DNA of 64,000 nt from Diadema antillarum (taxonomy: Eukaryota). Shown here piece after piece: positions 61,925 through 64,000 of the stretch. The stretch covers positions 1,178,001-1,242,000 of the forward strand of contig NW_027271172.1 of the NCBI RefSeq assembly GCF_040938485.1, written 5' to 3'. The translations under genes were made by a program, and so were the position numbers. The notes beneath the pieces are model-generated. The model made no database searches, had not been told where the DNA came from, and saw nothing but the letters and a program-made list of their open reading frames with translations. Each line of letters opens with the position of its first letter. Position 1 is the first letter of the stretch.

Positions 61925-62594
61925 GTAAGTTCCATGCTCCAATTTCCTGAACTAGCACTTGTTCACTTTTAGCTAAGTCCTTCTCTTCTTGTGGTAGAAC
62001 TTTTCTGGCATGGTAAAACTCAACGTATGTGTGGTAGTTCATTGCGTAAAATACTTGAGAAAATAGTCATTCTTCCTCCATGGCTGTTTTTTCTTCCAAT
62101 TATTTTACTCATTTGCGTGGATTGTTGGAGATACATGTATGTTTCACTTCCTTTAATAGAAAAGAATCAGCAGGCATAGACGTAATGCAAAGTGGCTAAA
62201 TGTGCTACTCCATAAGAGAGATACAGGTATTTTCATGCTAAATTTTGCACTCTTATATGGATGGTATGTCTCTGCAAGAAATACTCTGTGGAAGAAAATA
62301 GATGAATGTTGAAGATCTTGATATCGAACATGACTCTGGGTCCAATTATGTTCCTAGAGTTTAATAGACTTGTGTCATTCAGACATTGAGAGCCATCTTT
62401 AGATGACGTACAAGAGAATCTGGAAGGCTCTTTAACCTGGAATTTATTAAACAAGTGAGCAATTCAGGTGTTAACATCTTCTATGTCACATAAAAACGTA
62501 AAGCCTTGTCTCATTCCTTTGTTACCTCTATGATGCTCTCTCCCCTGTCTCCTTGACCACTGATGACCACACCCTACCACGCCCGGCAATGCAG

Positions 62595-62775
62595 AGAAGT
62601 GTCCAGTGGACAACATGAAGCTGGCCGTTGTCGTCAACAACATTGCAGTCAACGAGCAGGTGGGGGAGCTCTTCATCCACTGCATGTACGGCTGCAAGCC
62701 GAGCACCACCAACCCGGGAGAGTACGAGGTGGACCCCGAGGGTTGCCCTTTCACCATCCGCTTCAGTGAGAGAAG
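62595..62775 (+). CDS. TRAF7: TRAF7 RING end / zinc-finger start exon ([60 protein letters not shown]-)
   Basis: Acceptor gcaatgcAG at 62593-62594; donor GAAG|gtgagt. Phase 1 to 2. Matches recalled human [30 protein letters not shown]...EVDPRGCPFTIKLSAR and completes a C3HC3D RING. Confidence 0.97.
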
Positions 62776-63696
62776 GTGAGTTACTGTGTATGACACCGCC
62801 CCCTTGACATTAGCGAGCTTTCGCGAGCACGACGCGGCCAGTAGTTGAGCATACCCATTAATTTCCAGAAAGCAAATTTCTGTTATTTGATGATGCACCT
62901 TTGTATAGCAGTACAATAAGAATTAAAAAAATTGAATGTCAGATTTGCATTGAAATTCAGTGTTGCCAAGTTGAATAATGATGACAGTATTAGGATTTCT
63001 ACAGCAAAATTCTTCCGGGATTTAATGCGTTAAACTCAGTCTCGAAGTTCATCTTGCTGCCTCTGCTGTCGCGTGGTTCAAATAGAGGGAGACGTCGTTC
63101 ATTTCTTGTGGGAAATGGTTATTGGTGTGGATTTCGCTCACTTTTATCGCTGGATTATGTCTGTATGTGTGTGTGTGTGGGAGAGGAAGGAGAAATGGGT
63201 AAAGACATTAAGTACTCGGTAGGGGAGGAGGAAGTTGGAGTACATGAGAAGGGAGAGTGTCGGAGGCGTAACGTACATCTCAGCAACCTGCGCTTCGGTC
63301 TCACAGGGGCAGCTACGGTATATTGTTCCGTGGGCCGGCATATATTTGATCGATCCTAATGACCACTCTCCACCGCACGCGTCCTCTGCGAGTTCAGCCA
63401 TGTGTTTCTAAGCAATCAGCCCTCTCTTCTGATTAATTCCCATTATTCGGACGGGGATTTGTTGGCGAAACTCGGTGTGACATCGTCGCTTTCAATTTCT
63501 TGTTCCGATGGAGCATGGTTATTACATCACTGCTCTCCCCTCTTACCATTTTGTTTTCGTGTTCCTTGTTTTTGTTTGTCCATGGGATTTCCTTTCTCTC
63601 TAACATAGGCCCACTCATAGACTTTGATGTAGATTCATCCTTGCTTTTATGATCACTGCCATGGGACAAGTGTGTTACACTATGGAGATGTACATT

Positions 63697-63738
<42 letters not shown>

Positions 63739-63750
63739 TGTGTGTGTGTG
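63697..63750. repeat. (TG)n microsatellite
   Basis: Directly visible. Confidence 0.95.
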
Positions 63751-64000
63751 TAATTGAATAGTGGACACACAGAGAAAGACTTTGGAATCAATGAAAAATC
63801 AGGAAAATAGGAATGTGGTCATGTACAAAAAGCCTGTGCTGTGTGTTTTGCTGGACTGACAGCATTGTTATAAACAATCAGTATTTTGTATTATAAAATG
63901 GGTTCAAGAATGTAGCCAATAGGAAGCGCTGAAATGAGACACACCTCCTTCCTTTACTTCAGTACAACTGCACTGCCTGTAATCCTATGGTAGATTGCCG

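Noticed and set aside
62464-62916. 150-aa minus-strand ORF and the + strand ORF 62563-62769
   Set aside because: Antisense and off-frame shadows of the real TRAF7 exon 62595-62775.
63580-63627. Acceptor at 63607-63608 as the next TRAF7 exon
   Set aside because: In the required phase it hits TGA after five codons and lacks the expected H..C zinc-finger motif; the next exon is outside the window.

Overview
Eukaryotic, intron-rich, AT-rich genomic DNA from a gapped scaffold (four N-runs). The repeat content and microsatellite/poly-C style suggest a marine invertebrate deuterostome, probably a sea urchin (inference). The window holds the 5' part of one + strand gene, the RING E3 ligase TRAF7. 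I reconstructed it by hand from GT-AG exons that the ORF track misses: 8523-8618, 12304-12379, 49251-49354, a probable 15-nt microexon 49426-49440, 51134-51247, 54880-54975, 61885-61924 and 62595-62775. The gene continues past the window end, so the coiled-coil and WD40 exons are not here. The RING and first zinc-finger exons are unambiguous; the low-complexity N-terminal exons rest on splice signals, phase compatibility and weak similarity. A 36.9-kb intron (12380-49250) carries many non-autonomous DNA transposons, including a nested stack at 29082-37664: a TIR element containing a 5-bp-TSD hAT-like element with a higher-order tandem array, plus a Helentron-associated element with a 158-bp array. 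Best leads: the microexon, a possible internal promoter with a uORF giving an N-truncated TRAF7, a compact four-way-junction intronic RNA candidate, and the nested transposon stack. No prokaryotic systems, CRISPR arrays or intact transposases were found. Comparisons to human TRAF7 and to repeat families are from memory, not database searches.
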